From NCBI RefSeq assembly GCF_030144855.1, contig NC_082710.1, positions 28,458,001-28,522,000 on the forward strand: a stretch of 64,000 bases of DNA, in the 5' to 3' direction. The notes beneath the pieces are model-generated. The model worked only from the letters and a program-made list of their open reading frames with translations, had not been told where the DNA came from and ran no database searches. The translations under genes and the position numbers were made by a program. Shown one piece after another: positions 62,301 through 64,000 of this stretch (the stretch's first letter is position 1; each line of letters opens with the position of its first letter). Source of the stretch: Hypanus sabinus (Eukaryota).

Positions 62301-62530
62301 GTTTTTTATGCAGAGGGTGGTGAGTGCATGGAATGGGTTGCTGGCGACGATGGTGGAGGTGGATATGATAGGGTCTTTTAAGAGACTCTTGGATAAATAT
62401 ATGGAGCTTAGAAAAATAGAGAGCCATGGGTAATCCAAGGTAATTTCTAAAGTAAGTACATGTTTGGCACAGCATCGTGGGCCAAAGGGCCTGTATTGTG
62501 CTGTAGGATTTCTATGTTCTGTGCTCTATG
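59385..62530 (+). mobile_element. CR1 LINE (end of esterase ORF1 plus ORF2), decayed
   Basis: ISGLLPVP and MHVNPRGTNILAG (ORF1 end); CVYFNAR and SDH (endonuclease); RT ORFs 60488-61267 and 61271-61843 (FADDT); (TTCTATG)n tail. Confidence 0.96.
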
Positions 62531-62531
62531 T

Positions 62532-62663
62532 TACACTCAGTGACCATCCACTTCAGGGTTTGACCTGTGTACTCAGAGATGCTTCACTGTATAATACTGC
62601 CGTAACACATGGTTTTTTGAGCTACTGTCACCTTCCTGTTAGTTTGAAGCAGTCAAACCATTC
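62532..62663 (-). mobile_element. Fragment of the 1630-2180 Tc1-like family
   Basis: TACACTCAGTGACCA TIR start fused to a segment colinear with ~1697-1815. Confidence 0.7.
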
Positions 62664-63039
62664 AAAATCAAGTCAATCACATTTTGGAGTGGAGTACAAA
62701 GTGCTGTCATGACTATGCAAAATGATTTGCTGGGATTAATTAAGTTTTAACTTGAATCAGCCAATACTTTCCCTACCCATAACACCATAACCCCCTTTTC
62801 TGCCATCCCTGTTCCTCCTGCAATCTGTCTCACTGTGGGCACCCAGGTATTTCCAACTTACCGCAATCATTAGTAGCATCAGATCAGACATCTGTTTTAT
62901 CCCTTCCCCTCATTTTAATTTCAATTGAAGTCAGTGTTACCCATTTTACACTAATTCCTAAAGTGAAGATTTAAAGTTAAGTAAATTGAGGCTCAGATTC
63001 ATTTGCTTTCTTTGGGTTTTTTAGGTATGTGCAGATGAT

Positions 63040-63810
63040 TTTAGGAGTAGAGAGGAAAATTAGAGTTCAGGGACAGAGATGAGGGAAAATTAGAGGTCAA
63101 GCTGGAATTCAAGCCTCTGCTCCGCCTTCCAAGGTCAAGGTGGATGTGGTTGGATGTCAGGCTGGCAGCAATGCTCAGGGTCAGAGTCCCATCATCGGCA
63201 AGTCCCGTGCTCATGGCCTGGAGATTGGGTTCTTAGGGTCCTCATTCGTTGTCATCGGCAAGTCCTGGGTTGATATTGAAGATTGAAGCCCGAGACTTGA
63301 TTGGAAGTCCAGATTGAAACATCAAGATCAATTGGAGGTTCTGAAGTCGAAGCCAAATGGCCAGAACCCCACGTCTGTGAATCTCTGTACATCCACTAGG
63401 GAAGCTGAAGCCTGACATCTGAGAATCCATTAGTTCACTGGAAGCTTGGAGCTAAAGAAGCTAACTAGTCCTGGGGTTAGAAAACCGTGTATGTGTGTGG
63501 GTGAGTGGGAGAGAGAAACGAAGCTTGTGTTGCTGCTGTTGCTTTGTCACTTGGTATGTTCCATCTAGTTGTGTTCTATGTTGTTCTGCCAAACATAGTT
63601 GACGTGATATGTTGGTGTCGAAATGCACTTGCTGCCCCCAGCGCATCCATATTGGTAATGCAAATATACACATTTCTTTTACTTAAAATATGTTTTATTG
63701 TTTTATGTGAACGGACTTGTAAAAAACTAACAAAAAAAAACTAACGAGAAAATATACACATTTCACCGTATGCTTCAATGTACATGTGAAAAATAAATCT
63801 GAATCTGAGC
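63040..63810 (+). mobile_element. Non-coding retroposon (SINE-like) with (ATCTGA)n tail
   Basis: GC-richer body ending AATAAATCTGAATCTGAG; its 3' part is related to the reverse complement of 29840-29938; 5' boundary uncertain. Confidence 0.6.
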
Positions 63811-64000
63811 TTAAGTCTAAAAATGACTAAATTGCCCTTTCGGTTAAACCTGTTACTCCTATAAAATGCATTTCTTAAAAATTAAGAATTGGTATTAATG
63901 GTTCATAATAGTATTTGTAATGATAAAATGGCAAATAAGAATTATATTAATATCACAGCCACATGATTAATATTTGGTGTAATGGTTCATGTTGTCAGTA

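Noticed and set aside
1-64000. Prokaryote-type systems (CRISPR, retron, defence operons) suggested by the RT ORFs
   Set aside because: The DNA is vertebrate-like, all RTs are non-LTR retrotransposon type, and there are no operons or spaced repeat arrays.

Overview
AT-rich, CpG-depleted vertebrate genomic DNA, intronic or intergenic. The repeat set (esterase-ORF1 CR1 LINEs, Rex1/Babar LINEs, HE1/V-SINE-like and Deu-domain SINEs, abundant Penelope termini) points to a cartilaginous fish, probably a ray; this is an inference from recalled repeat families, not a database match. I recognised no host protein-coding gene, rRNA, tRNA gene or CRISPR array. Every ORF with a recognisable product is a decayed transposon ORF, and only a few weak candidate exons remain. 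Main observations: (1) a Sleeping Beauty-like Tc1 element (20366-24027, TA-flanked) carrying two copies of the right-end IR/DR, with a Rex1 LINE (GAAGTT TSD) and a solo LTR (TTAA TSD) nested in its terminal repeats; (2) many Penelope-derived termini with minimal type I hammerhead ribozyme motifs (CTGATGA..GAAA..GTC), some in fold-back form, from which an intact ribozyme consensus can be rebuilt using this window alone; (3) a nearly complete CR1 with a zinc-finger/coiled-coil/SGNH-esterase ORF1; (4) several non-autonomous retroposons. These are mostly new instances or variants of known element classes; I cannot claim a wholly new system. Family names are by eye and from recall, and the boundaries of old repeats are approximate (tens of bp).
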